Positions 37,165-49,172 are shown, numbered from the stretch's first letter. The stretch: 64,000 bases of DNA from Octopus vulgaris (GCA_951406725.2 OX597818.1:89590001-89654000), one strand, 5' to 3'. Numbers and translations: made by a program. The notes: generated by a model from the sequence alone, not told the origin.

Positions 37165-38636
37165 AACAACAAACAAGATGACGACAAATATCCATCGAAT
37201 GTAAATGACGTACATAATTCCTCATCTCTTAAATATAGAACTCTAGGATTGTATACAGTTTCCGTCAGCCTAATTTCACTCACAAAATATGGGGTGATCG
37301 AGGCTATAAAAAATTTGTTTAAGATGCCATGCTGTGGAATCGAATGCAGACCACATGGTTGCGATGCGAAAGTTTTAACCATTCAGCCATATGCACTTAT
37401 ACCCCATTCAACATCCCATCGCTAATACTCTACATTCCACACAACATGTCTTTACTGTTACAAGTGTACCCACGCATACTCTTACTACAAACTTTAAACC
37501 AGGAACGTTCTCTATGAATAGACAAGGTAGGCAGTCCTATTCTGAGAAAAAGCTATAAATTAGTTGCAAACAACCTGTGGCCCGCGTGTCTTGCTGCATG
37601 GTACACTTAACGAATAATTAACTTGCATTTTTTTGTGGCAGTACTGTCCGCCTGATGATGAACCGTGCCTCATGCGATCCACTTCTCGGAAAAGGTCGCC
37701 CATGCCTGCTATAAATGTACATTATTAAATGTAAAAAGTAGATAATTCTTAATATATTTTTAATGAAATTTTATGGATATTTATTTATTCTTTTCAATCA
37801 TTAACGGCGGTGTATCAGCATGGCCGCTGCTCTGAGCTGAAACGTAAAAAAAAATTAAAAAAAAAAAAAAATTGACTGCAGCCATGCTGGAGCACCGCCT
37901 TTTGGAGTTTTAGTCGAAAAAAATCGACCCCAGGACCTATTTTCTTTTAAAACCGATTACTTATTCTATCAGTCTCTTTTCCTCAACCGGTAAGTTACTG
38001 AGGCGTAAACACACCAACATCGGTTGCTAAGCGACGATGGTGGTGGTAGGGGACAAACACAGACACAAAGACACACACACATACACTCACACACATAAAT
38101 ATACGACGGGCTTCTTTCAGTCTCTGTCTTCCAAATCCACTCGCGTGGCTTTGGTCAGCCTGAGTCTATAGTAGAAGACACTTTCCCAAGGTACCACGCG
38201 GTGGGACTGAACCCAGAGCTACGTAGTTGGGAAGCAAGCTTCTTTATTTCATTATATTGGCCATAAGGCTTTACACAGAGAAAGGAAGCTGCGGGCTGGA
38301 CGTAGACATAATGTTATATGAAATGAAAATGATGATTAATGGGGGGAAAAACGACGCTCGCCGATCGATTTTTTCCGAGAACTTTGATCTCTTGTATATT
38401 ATTCATGAGGCAACAAGCTTCTTACCACACAGCCACGCCTGCACATATAGTATGCAAATTTTGAGGTAATATAGGTACAATTTCCATGCTACTTTCAACA
38501 TCATAATATTTACGAACTCGTTAAAACACGTACTTTGGGTGCAGCTCTAAAATGCGCCAAATGTTGTGTGAACAGGTCAAAATGATTGCTTTCTTTTCTA
38601 TAGTGTCATTACAACTCACCACAGAGTAAAGAGGAA

Positions 38637-38667
<31 letters not shown>

Positions 38668-39192
38668 CAACATCATGTGCCTTGTATGATAGAATTAATG
38701 CTTACAGACGGTTTAACTCATGTTACAGACGTTTTAACTCATGTGAGTGTATCAAATAGTAAAACCGAGCCATCTCTCGCAGTCACCTGATAACATGTAA
38801 TACGCTTTGTTTTAGGTGATTATGTTGTCGCATATAAACCCCCTCTCGGCCCACTTACCATTGAGCCAGCAGAACATTTAGGATGTGAGAGCTACATGGA
38901 GAGAGAGAGAGGGAGAGAATGCTGCACCAGCAGTCGGCTGGTGTTCATATTTAGCTGAGTAGTCTGGAGCAACATGAGATAAAGGGCCTTGCTCAAGGGT
39001 ACAAGACTGTACGCGCTCCAGGAATTGAACCCACGACTGTAACCACTAAGCTACGCAGTTATGACAAATATATGCGCACACACACATACGCATATGCATG
39101 CATACATACAGGCATACGCACAGACATTAATATAATGAAAATAAACAAATACAACTGTAGTAATGAATACAAATGTGTATAACTTCATGTCG

Positions 39193-39231
<39 letters not shown>

Positions 39232-39299
39232 TTAGGGAATAAATCCAAATTTACAGGGAAAAATCAGATTTAGGATTGAATCCAATTTTATAGTAAAAT

Positions 39300-39483
39300 A
39301 TTATATTATATTAAATTAGAGACAAAACCACTATTATGCAAATCAAACAAAGAAAGACTTAAGCCAATACATAAAATAATTTATATAATTAAATTTAATT
39401 ATATAAATTATTTTATGTATTGGCTTAAGTCTTTCTTTGTTTGATTTGCATAATAGTGGTTTTGTCTCTAATTTAATATAATA

Positions 39484-39487
<4 letters not shown>
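39300..39487. repeat. 188-bp perfect spacerless palindrome flanked by (TA)n
   Basis: Centre at 39393/39394 (AAA|TTT); arms are exactly complementary. Confidence 0.92.
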
Positions 39488-39521
<34 letters not shown>

Positions 39522-39700
39522 CGATCGCATATAATGTATGTGTTTTGTTTGTTCGCCGGATACGCTGCAGAACAGCGTTCGCGGGGATGACTCCTTCGTA
39601 ACGCTGATCCGACGAAAAACAAAACACATACATTGGGTGTGTGCAATCGATAATGTTTACAACACTAGCGCTGCTTTTAATTCGTTGTTGCACGCTCGCG

Positions 39701-39786
<86 letters not shown>

Positions 39787-40379
39787 CACATACACATAAG
39801 ATAACCTGGTTAAATAACCGCAAATTTTACTTTGGTTAGATTTTAACGATCTCACGCTAAACCTCACAATTATAGATTGTTATTCTTTTTGTGAATTGAG
39901 ACAAAATATGATTAGGATTTTAACTTACTCTGTTCATCTCAATTAATATAAGACAGCTAATGTTCAAAAAAGTATGCAATTATATTGCTATTACCCAAAT
40001 TAAAACGCTATTTATTTCCTCTTTCTTTTGAATCCTTTTAAATTTGTTCCTTTGTCTTACATTGTCTCATATTATCCTCATTTTGACTGCCTAGGGATGT
40101 AAATACATCGTGACCTAATTAAGGTTCATTTTTTTTTTCTACTACTAAAAGTACAAAATAATCTGTTCCTTTAATATCTTAAAAGGTCATTTTCAGTTTA
40201 AATGATACTAGAACTATAATCATATCGTGTTTAAACACAAACTCTACTGTCATATGCCCTGGGGTTTTATAACCCTTCACCTAGAATATACTTTAAGAAG
40301 GATTATATAATACTTGAATCCTTCGGTCTGAAAGAATAGTTTTTTTTTTTGTTTTTTGCTTTTTTGTTTTTGTTTTAGT

Positions 40380-40867
40380 AGCTATATAGCAAAAGAGATT
40401 GAAATTGTCTGGAGGGCGAAACGGAAAGGACTTGAAGACAAGCATTTTCATTTTCGGCCAAGCCCACATCATTTCTTTCTTTAAAATTCATTTGAAAAGA
40501 AATGTGAGGATTGAGAAGGATGTGCTGTCCCCCTCCTCCACTCAGTAAATTTGTTGGAAGGTAGGTGAATGTGGCCAGGATGGCCTGATTGAGTAGGTAC
40601 TCTAAGCTGGCGCCTGTAGGCTGAGTACGGAGAAGGGGAGCACTTGCCAAGATATTCCTGGTGAATAGGGTGGATTGGGGGTCTGTGGGGTTCCTTGTTT
40701 GCTCCTGGCTGGCGTTTTGCTCCTATTGAGGAATTTGACTGTTGGAATTTTAAAAAATTGTTATCGTTTATATTTTATCATTTTTACGTTTTCTATTTCA
40801 ATTTCCAGTGTCCTTTGTCTGTGTATTGTCCCAAATGGTGTTTACGGCCCTTGTGACCAGTAAAGAG

Positions 40868-40918
<51 letters not shown>
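40380..40918 (+). pseudogene. 3' end of an L1/Tx1-like LINE with (ATT)n tail
   Basis: Fragments IAKEIEIVWRAKRKGL, FFKIHLKRNVRIEKDVLSP and KFVGR*VNVARMA, then a UTR ending in (TTA)n. Confidence 0.5.
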
Positions 40919-40921
<3 letters not shown>

Positions 40922-41008
40922 TAGTCTTATTTTTATCACGTGTTTTCACTGCCCTACCGAGCGCAGATCTGTGTGCTTTGGGTACATGCTGTGGTTTGTT
41001 GTGGTGCT

Positions 41009-41070
<62 letters not shown>

Positions 41071-41265
41071 CATCTTCAGAGAAGTATATATAGTTTGCAT
41101 GAAGCATTGTCTGACAGAGATAATAGTCTTTAATTTTCTTTTAAAGCCAAAACATGGAGAGTTCTAAGAAATAATACAAGTCAATGTTTGCACTTTTGCC
41201 ACACAGTTCAATGTAACTGGCATTGTTTCGGCTTAAAAAAAAAATTTAAAACAATTATCATCATC

Positions 41266-41321
<56 letters not shown>

Positions 41322-42179
41322 CATCATTATTATTATTATCATCATTATTATTATTCAGCTCCGCATATAGATCAGACACTACAAATGCAGTATGAATGAT
41401 CTCCATCCACATTACAGTACTTAACAATAATAATACGTGAAGGACATATGGCCTTTACAACAAAAACAACAACAACAACAACAACACCAATGCAACACCA
41501 ACATCATATTGTTAATAACATTAGCCACTTCAGCAACAAATATCCGATGAACAGCAGCTGCAGCAGCAACATCAAAAGGAAGAAAACCCTCCAGTGTCAT
41601 TATATCTCAAATCAAAGATAAATAAAAGAATCCTTATCGTAGTCAGAAAGGTCCTTGTTTAGTACTTAACTGACCTAGTTTGATGAAACTGTTGAAGCGC
41701 ACTGATCTCTAATTGTCCTGATCATTTTGATTACATCTTAATGTGTCTGTGTGTGTACTTGTCTAACACAGATCTGGATTTGGAGGTCGGTCAGAAACAG
41801 TCAGAGTATTACAGGTTGTGTTACTATTTTTGCCAACAAATAAAATTCTGTTTTCTGAAATTATTTCTGTATCTAAGTCAGCAGCTGTTTTATATATTTA
41901 CATTTATCCATGGGTAAATATAATCCAAACCCGTATCTATAAGCTTGTCGTTTACCTACGTCAGGAAGTCTTTTAAATTCAGTTTTTGCAACAAACTCTG
42001 GAAGAGCTCAACTGGTATAGATACAAGCTACAGCTTTCGTTTGGTTAGATCTACACCAGCCAGAAATCCTAAGAGCACTGACTATATAAACAGATTTCCC
42101 TACTAGTAAAGCATAACAGGCATACCTATTGGTTTGGATCAACCTCAGTTAAAGAGTTCGCTGTCGTAAAGAACATTTT

Positions 42180-42470
42180 TATGGATTCAATCTGGAAGCT
42201 TGGACTGCGCCTTGCCAATCAATCCAACATGCCTGTCGGAAAGCTTTATTAGGGTCTGTTTTTTTTTTATGTAGAGAGTAGCATTACTGTTCCAGACGTC
42301 GGAGCAATAATTCTATTGTGACTCTCAATTCAGCTTTGTAGAGGGTCAGCAGTGGTTCGGGGATGAAGTATTTCCAAGCTTTGAGGCGTGGCTCTTTCTA
42401 TGTTGTGGATGTGAAATCGCCAAGGGAGTTTAGTGATCATAATGGCTTTGAGAGTTTTGTGTGCATGTTG
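42180..42470 (-). pseudogene. Decayed Jockey/CR1-group LINE RT C-terminal fragment
   Basis: Minus fragments LPWRFHIHNI, KYFIPEPLLTLYKAELR and YCSDVW. Confidence 0.45.
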
Positions 42471-42479
42471 GCCAATACT

Positions 42480-43459
42480 GATTTCAAATTTTGGCACAAG
42501 GCCAGCAAGTTTAAAGAAGGGAACGAGTCGATTACATCGACCCCAGTACTTAACTGGTACTTATTTTATCGACCCCGAAAGGATGAAAGGCAAAGCTGAC
42601 TTCGGTAGCATTTGAACTCAGAACATAAAAACGGACGAAATGCCACTAAGCATTTCGCCTGGCGCACTAACGTTTCTTATTTCTTTATTGCCCACAAGGG
42701 GCTACACACAGATGGGACAAACAAGGACAGCCAAAGGGATTAAGTCGATTACATCGACTCCAGTGCGTAACTGGTACTTATTTAATCGATCCCGAAAGGA
42801 TGAAAGACTAAGTCGACCTTGGTGGAATTTGAACTCAGAACGTAGCAGCAGACGAAATACCTATTTCTTTACTACCCACTAGGGGCTAAACACAGAGAGG
42901 ACAAACAAGGACAGACAAAGGGATTAAGTCGATTATATCGACCCCAGTGCGTAACTGGTACTTAATTTATCGACCCTGAAAGGATAAAAGGCAAAGTCGA
43001 CCTCGGCTGAATTTGAACTCAGAACGTAACGGTAGACGAAATACCTATTTCTTTATTACCCACAAGGGACTAAAGACAGAGGGGACAAACAAGGACAGAC
43101 ATAGGTATTAAGTCGATTATATCGACCCCAGTGCGTAACTGGTACTTAATTTATCGACCCTGAAAGGATAAAAGGCAAAGTCGACCTCGGCGGAATTTGA
43201 ACTCAGAACGTAACGGTAGACGAAATACCTATTTCTTTATTACCCACAAGGGGCTAAAGACAGAGGGGACAAACAAGGACAGACATAGGTATCAAGTCGA
43301 TTATATCGACCCCAGTGCGTAACTGGTACTTAATTTATCGACCCTGAAAGGATGAAAGGCAAAGTCGACCTCGGCGGAATTTGAACTCACAACGTAACGC
43401 AGACGAAATACCGCTAAGCAGTTCGCCCGGCGTGCTAACGATTCTGCCAGCTCGCCGCC
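42480..43459 (-). mobile_element. Tandem array of five SINE family B (Meta-domain-like) units, about 180 bp period
   Basis: Repeated GCCTTTCATCCTTTCGGGGTCGATAAATTAAGTACCAG core (minus). Other copies at 20520, 21830, 23958, 25485, 28750, 30915, 33550, 45165, 47850 and 54585. Confidence 0.9.
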
Positions 43460-43799
43460 ATTATGTTGGCCAATATTATAGCGTGTGTAGTAGCGGTGTA
43501 GCTTGAGTGTGTGCTGCCCTGGTTAACCCTTAAATTTGCTGCTCCCTATGCAGGCTTCAACGGAAGACCCCCCCACACACACACAGATATCGCCTCTGTA
43601 AAAGCGATGCCCAGGGCGGACTACTACCCTTACACCCTCTCTAACTATGCTGTTGGTATGAGTTAGAAGACAGTTTGTAGTGTTGAAGAGACAAGATTAT
43701 CGTCTCCCTTTCTTTGAAGAATATCTCTTGAGATTTGTTTTCATACGCGGAGTGCTGGATATACGTGAGTTATCTATGCTACATGTGGATAAAGACTAT

Positions 43800-44033
43800 A
43801 CTCTTTACTCACTTTTTACTCTTTTACTTGTTTCAGTCATTTGACTGTGGTCGTGCTGGAGCACCGCCTTTAGTCGAGCACATCGACCCCAGGACCTATT
43901 CTTTGTAAGCCAAGTACTTATTCTATCGGTCTCTTTTTGCCGAACCGCTAAGTTATGGGAACGTAAACACACCATCATCTGTTGGCAAGCGATGCTGGGG
44001 GTCAAACACAGACACACAAACACACACACACAT

Positions 44034-44068
<35 letters not shown>

Positions 44069-44248
44069 TATATATATACACATACGACGGGCTTCTTTCA
44101 GTTTCCGTCTACCAAATCCACTCACAAGGCTTTGTTTGGCCCGAGGCTATAGTAGAAGACACTTGCCCAAGGTGCCACACAGTGGGACTGAACCCGGAAC
44201 CATGTAGTTCGTAAGCAAGCTACTTACCACACAGCCACTCCTACGCCT
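43800..44248 (-). mobile_element. SINE family A copy
   Basis: Full-length reverse copy with internal (CA)n/(TA)n. Confidence 0.9.
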
Positions 44249-44881
44249 ATGCGCAAATATTAGCAAAAATGTGGTACGGTGTCATCTGTAAAAGCGCAAG
44301 TTTACTTGAAAATGATGGCAAGTAGATTATTAATGTATACAAGAAATGGCACGTTTAAGTTGATGGATCTGAGTCAGAGAAACACACACCTGTGTAAACT
44401 GTAATAGTGCGACCTTTTAGGAAGCTTCAGACTCAAGAGACGAAAGTCCATATGCAAGTAGTTTAGCTAAGATGTTTTGGTGCTAGATATGGTTACACGT
44501 TTTGCTGATGTCAAGTGCAAAATTATAACTGTTCCATTTCTTTCAACAGCACCAACCTCGCTGATTCCAATCTAATAGAAGAAAGAGTAAACTGCATTCG
44601 TTGCTCGAGCCCGTGTTTCGGTCATTCGTATTCATGATCAAGAAAGAGACGGAAGTATTTTGAGGGCATATGTCTTTTGCAGTTGAGGAAAAGAAACAAG
44701 TCAATGGTCAGACGTCGTTGGCTCGGCCTACTTTATCCAGAAAGTCCATGACATCAGCAAAGCTAACCCCAGTAAATCGAATAAGACAATTGTGTGGAGT
44801 CCACTATTGAACGTGAGAAACATAACACCTGGTATAAACCTTATGTGACGGAGGCAGGGCGGTTCATACCTTTGTTACTAT

Positions 44882-45030
44882 GAGGGCGTGCTGAAAAGTT
44901 CGTGACTTTAAGAGTATCGCGAAAGGCCTGGCTGGAGGCTCACTCTTCCGAGTTCTTTTACGGGGCTTAGAAAAAATGAAGAACCGCTGCAGTGTTTGAA
45001 TCTGAGAGGGGGATGTGGAATAAAATCATA
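44882..45030 (+). mobile_element. Short mariner-derived remnant
   Basis: TA-TGAGGGCGTGCTGAAAAGTT TIR-like start followed by a decayed transposase C-terminus. Confidence 0.4.
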
Positions 45031-45164
45031 AAGGAGCTCCTGGTTCCATTGATTGGAATCCGTCAGAGTACCGTGTCTAGGGTTTTAATATGAGAGGAGG
45101 AAACTAGCCGACCGTCCTGCAGGTCGGGGATTACCATTGTGATCTCAATGGATGATGTAAGCAA

Positions 45165-45597
45165 GGCGGCAAGCTGGCAGAAACGTTAGCACGCCAGGTG
45201 AAATGCTTAGCGGTAGTTCGTCTGTCTTTATGTTTTGAGTTCAAATTCCACCGAGGTCGACTTTGCCTTTCATCCTTTCAGGGTCGATAAATCAAGTACC
45301 AGTTACGCACTGGGATCGATGTAATCGACTAAATCCCTTTGTCTGTCCTTGTTTGTCTCCTCTATGTTTAGCCTCTTGTGGGCAATAAAGAAATAAGAAA
45401 CGTTAGCACGCCGGGTGAAATGCTTAGCAGTAGTTCGTCTGCCGCAACGTTCTGAGTTCAAATTCCGCCGAGATCGACTTTGCTTTTCATCCTTTTGGGG
45501 GTCGATAAAATAAGTACCAGTTGCGTACTGGTGTCGATCTAATCGACTGGCTCCCGCTCCCCCAAAATTTCGGGCCTTGTGCTTAGAGTAGAAAAGA
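45165..45597 (+). mobile_element. SINE family B dimer with two different tails
   Basis: First unit ends CTTGTGGGCAATAAAGAAATAAG; second ends GGCCTTGTGCTTAGAGTAGAAAAG. Confidence 0.85.
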
Positions 45598-46121
45598 ATG
45601 GGTAACGTAAGCGGGGTTGACTCAACTTGGCTTGTAGTCGAGCCACAAACCAGATCTCGGGGCCTCGTTAGGACAGAAAATGGTTGTGTAAAGTGACCTG
45701 TTTCTTTAATGCACCTCGTTGAACAAATATGCCGTCTTTCTGAAGATCTGTTGATTATTTTGTTTGCTATCTTTAGTTATTATCTTTCGTTTATTTTCCC
45801 AACAAGTACATGCTTAGGCATACATATACAGTTGTATTATGTGTGTATTGATGTATATGTGAATATCTGTGCATATACATACAAATCTGTATGCATTTAT
45901 ATTTACATAGAAGCACAACAAAATTGCTCTTTACCGAATGAACTGTTTTACTGATTAACTTAAAAAAAATATATAAAAACTACTACTCGGCTATTGAAAA
46001 GAACACGATCGTTAAATAACTAATCTCTCTGTTGAAAAAAGTAATTATACAATTAATATATATTTCCTGATTGTGTGGTCATCAGAGCTTACATAAAGAT
46101 GCAAAACAATGATAATTTTAT

Positions 46122-46574
46122 AATAAATCTCTGAACGAGATATAAACAGTAACCGCTCGACAACGTAAGGTGTACTAGCCATCTGAATGTGGCTAGCCAC
46201 TGGGGGTGGGGTGTTACTGATGCTTTTAGCCCCAGGCGATCAACGTCACCAGATGGACTTTAGACACTATCTCAGTGCCCTTGTGTTATTTGCAAAGGGA
46301 GGTCATCCTCCCTCGAAGACCTAAGTACTACATACGGACTATAGTTTCAAGGTTATTGCCTCTCGTCAACGCATGGTGAGAGGCAATAACCTTGAAACTA
46401 TAGTCCGTATGTATCACTTAGGTCTTCGAGGGAGGATGACCTCCCTTTGCAAATAACACAAGGGCACTGAGATAGTGTCTAAAGTCCATCTGGTGACGTT
46501 GATCGCCTGGGGCTAAAAGCATCAGTAACACCCCACCCCAGTGGCTAGCCACATTCAGATGGCTAGTACACCTT
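46122..46574 (-). mobile_element. PLE-type non-autonomous insertion: about 205-bp inverted arms plus 43-bp tail and 16-bp TSD, HHR at the apex
   Basis: Near-perfect inverted repeat 46165-46576. TSD ACAATGATAATTTTAT at 46106-46121 and 46575-46590. HHR 46331-46375 (-): CATGCG TTGACGA GAGG..CCTT GAAA CTATAG TC CGTATG. Related to 7155-7390. Confidence 0.85.
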
Positions 46575-46629
46575 ACAATGATAATTTTATTTTCTCCAAT
46601 CATTCGCAAACAAGGAATGAATAGGATAT

Positions 46630-47098
46630 ACTCTTTTACTTGTTTCAGTCATTTGACGGTGGCCATGCTGGTGCACCGCCTTTAGTCGAGCAAATCGACG
46701 CCAGGACTTATTCTTTGTAAGCCTAGTACTTATTCTATCGGTCTCTTATGCCGAACCACTAAGTGACGGGGACGTAAACACACCAGCATTGCTTGTCAAG
46801 CGATGTTGGTGGAACAAACACAGACACACAAACACACACACATACATACATACATACATACATACATACATACATACATACATACATACATACATACATA
46901 CATACATACATACATACATACATGCATGCATATATACGACGAGCTTCTTTCAGTTTCCGTCTACCAAGTCCACTCAAGGCTTTGGTCGGTCTGAGGCTAT
47001 TGTAAAAGATACTTGCCCAAGGTGCCACGCAGGGGGACTGAACCCTGAACCATGTAGTTCGTAAGCAAGTTACTTACCACACAGCCACTCCTACGCCT
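46630..47098 (-). mobile_element. SINE family A copy
   Basis: Full-length reverse copy with internal (CATA)n. Confidence 0.9.
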
Positions 47099-47255
47099 AT
47101 ATGTACAGGATTACTTTAAAATTAGTTTTTGTGAGCCTAGGCAAGACTACCAGGAGCTCAGGCATCGGGAGCCAGGCTGGTCCGGGGAAATAAAGCTTTT
47201 GAATTTCTATACTCCCAATCGTAATATTCGTTGTGTGAAACAAATATTTTTTAAA

Positions 47256-47631
47256 CTAGCAGTATAGCCCAGCGTTGCTCGGGCTTGTTTTCTTTTCCAC
47301 CCTTTAGAATTGGAATTTTTGAAAAGTAAAAATTTTGCATTATGTAGCTTGTTATTCTCTTTAAGTGAACACTTTTCTGGTTGAAATACACCGAAAAATG
47401 ACGACACAGCAGTAAAAAAATCGTAAAAAATAGGATGTTCATAGAAAAAAAGCACCTTTTTGATGTAAATAATTTTTGGTGTTAACATGGTACGGAAGGA
47501 AGAGCAAGCCTTCTTCTATCATACTCTCAATTTTGGTCAACTTGAGCCGCAGGGTTTCGGAGGAGATAGTGTTAGTTGAAGGGTGCTAAACCTGCCGTAC
47601 ATAGACAACTTCAGTTTTATATAGAGAGAGA
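47256..47631 (-). mobile_element. Non-autonomous Helitron
   Basis: Minus: A|TCTCTCTCTATATAAAA..CCCGAGCAACGCTGGGCTATACTGCTAG|T. Confidence 0.88.
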
Positions 47632-48334
47632 TCAAGGGAAGACATTACCCTTTTTCTTTCCCATGAGACATATCGAGGGACAGTTGTTCCAAAATTCTGC
47701 CGACATACTATTGCTTCTTTGTTTTATTAATTATACTTGTGCATTTCGTATTTCCTAGCATACAAGTCGAATACTCAAAACAAAATTTACAGCAGAAAAA
47801 AAAGGTAGGTTGACTTATACATCAAGACGAATTTGGAGAGCCAAATAATGGTTTCAAATTTTGACACAAGGGCCAGCAGGTTTGGAGGGGGGTGGGGCTA
47901 AGTCAATTAAATCGATCCCAGTGTTCAATTGGTTACTTATTTTATCAACCCCCGAAAGGATTAAAGGCAAAGACGACTCCGGCGAAATTTGAACTCAGAA
48001 CATAAAGACGGGTAAAATGTCGCTAGGCGTTTTGCCCGGCGTGCTAACAATTCTATTAGCTCGCTGCCTTTGGAGAATCAAATATTACATGTGAAATTCA
48101 ACAGGATTTAGAAAGATAGTGACTATTTTTGGATGTTTACACTAAGTATTACATTGACTTGTGTTTCAGAAAACACGGTAACACAGTTATGAATATGAAT
48201 AACGCGTCCCCTTATATTTCTTAGCAAACCCTATTTCTTTCTACCTCTTAAGCTAAGAACAACCGTAGATGGCAGCAACGGCGGTCACCAGTCAAATTTC
48301 TTATAGTTTTTTTTTTTTAAACCTTACAATGTTA

Positions 48335-48539
48335 CGGAGATGTACTTGCATAGCAAGTGATTTGATCTGAGATCGTGTGCTGGAACGAAAACAATTGAAG
48401 CGTGGAAGGTGTTTGTAAGCCATTTAAAAAACACACAAAAGCCGTTCGATTCACTGCAACATTTAAGTTTAATTTGTCAAAATATTTTCGTCGCTATAAG
48501 ACAGCGACCTGTTCACTGACAAAAACCTGTGCTGCATCT
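48335..48539 (-). mobile_element. 205-bp non-autonomous HHR element with 12-bp TSD
   Basis: TSD CTTACAATGTTA at 48323-48334 and 48540-48551. Contains the variant HHR at 48473-48523. Confidence 0.8.
48473..48523 (-). ncRNA. Hammerhead ribozyme with G3:C8 core variant
   Basis: Minus: TTTGTCA GTGAACA G GTCGCTGT CTT ATAGCGAC GAAA ATATTT TGACAAA. 7-bp stem I, 8-bp stem II, palindromic AATATT. Confidence 0.75.
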
Positions 48540-49172
48540 CTTACAATGTTATTTTTAAAGAATTTATGGCGCTCTTGTTAATCTCTTGCAGCTCATAGTT
48601 TTAGAAGTATTGTTCTAGGCGCTAGCGTGGCTGAAATCTAAGAAGTTTGCTTCCCAACCGCACGGTTTTGGCTTCAGTCCCACTGCATGACATCTTAGCC
48701 AAGTGTTTACAACCACAGCCTCGAGTCGACTCAAACCTTATGAGTAGTGGATTTGGTTGAGAGAAACTGAATGAAGCCCCTCATATATATATATATAATT
48801 AATATCAGGGTAATAAAAAGTTTAGAAATTTTTACTACCAGTGGCCTAGCGTGTAGAAAAATTAGTCAATAGACTATATATCATTCATATAAATACAGTG
48901 TACATTTAAACACATAAGAGGTATCCGTCACGGGATTCCTGGCACGCTAGAACGAACAGCCAAAATCCAAACCTAGCAAATTATTTTATTTGCTAAAAGC
49001 AAAATTAGAAACCATGGTCCAGGAGATAGATGGTAAATGCTTTTATTTTTCATTCCCTTCGAAGTTTATCCCAAATAGTGGTTTTGATTTTGGTTGTTCC
49101 TTCTAAGAGTGCCATGAATCCTATGACGGATACCTCTTATGTGTTTAAATGTACAATGTATGTATATATATA

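Larger units (their letters stand above)
36832..37244 (+). mobile_element. tRNA-headed, hammerhead-containing SINE with 5' inverted partial copy and 13-bp TSD
   Basis: A box TGGCGTAGTGG, B box GTTCGATTCC, (AAT)n linker, HHR at 37119-37164 (+) and inverted HHR at 36885-36930 (-). TSD AGGATTGTATACA at 36819-36831 and 37245-37257. Confidence 0.85.

Noticed and set aside
42480-43459. Regularly spaced repeats resembling a CRISPR array
   Set aside because: Whole 180-bp units repeat with no unique spacers and no cas genes; this is a eukaryotic SINE multimer.
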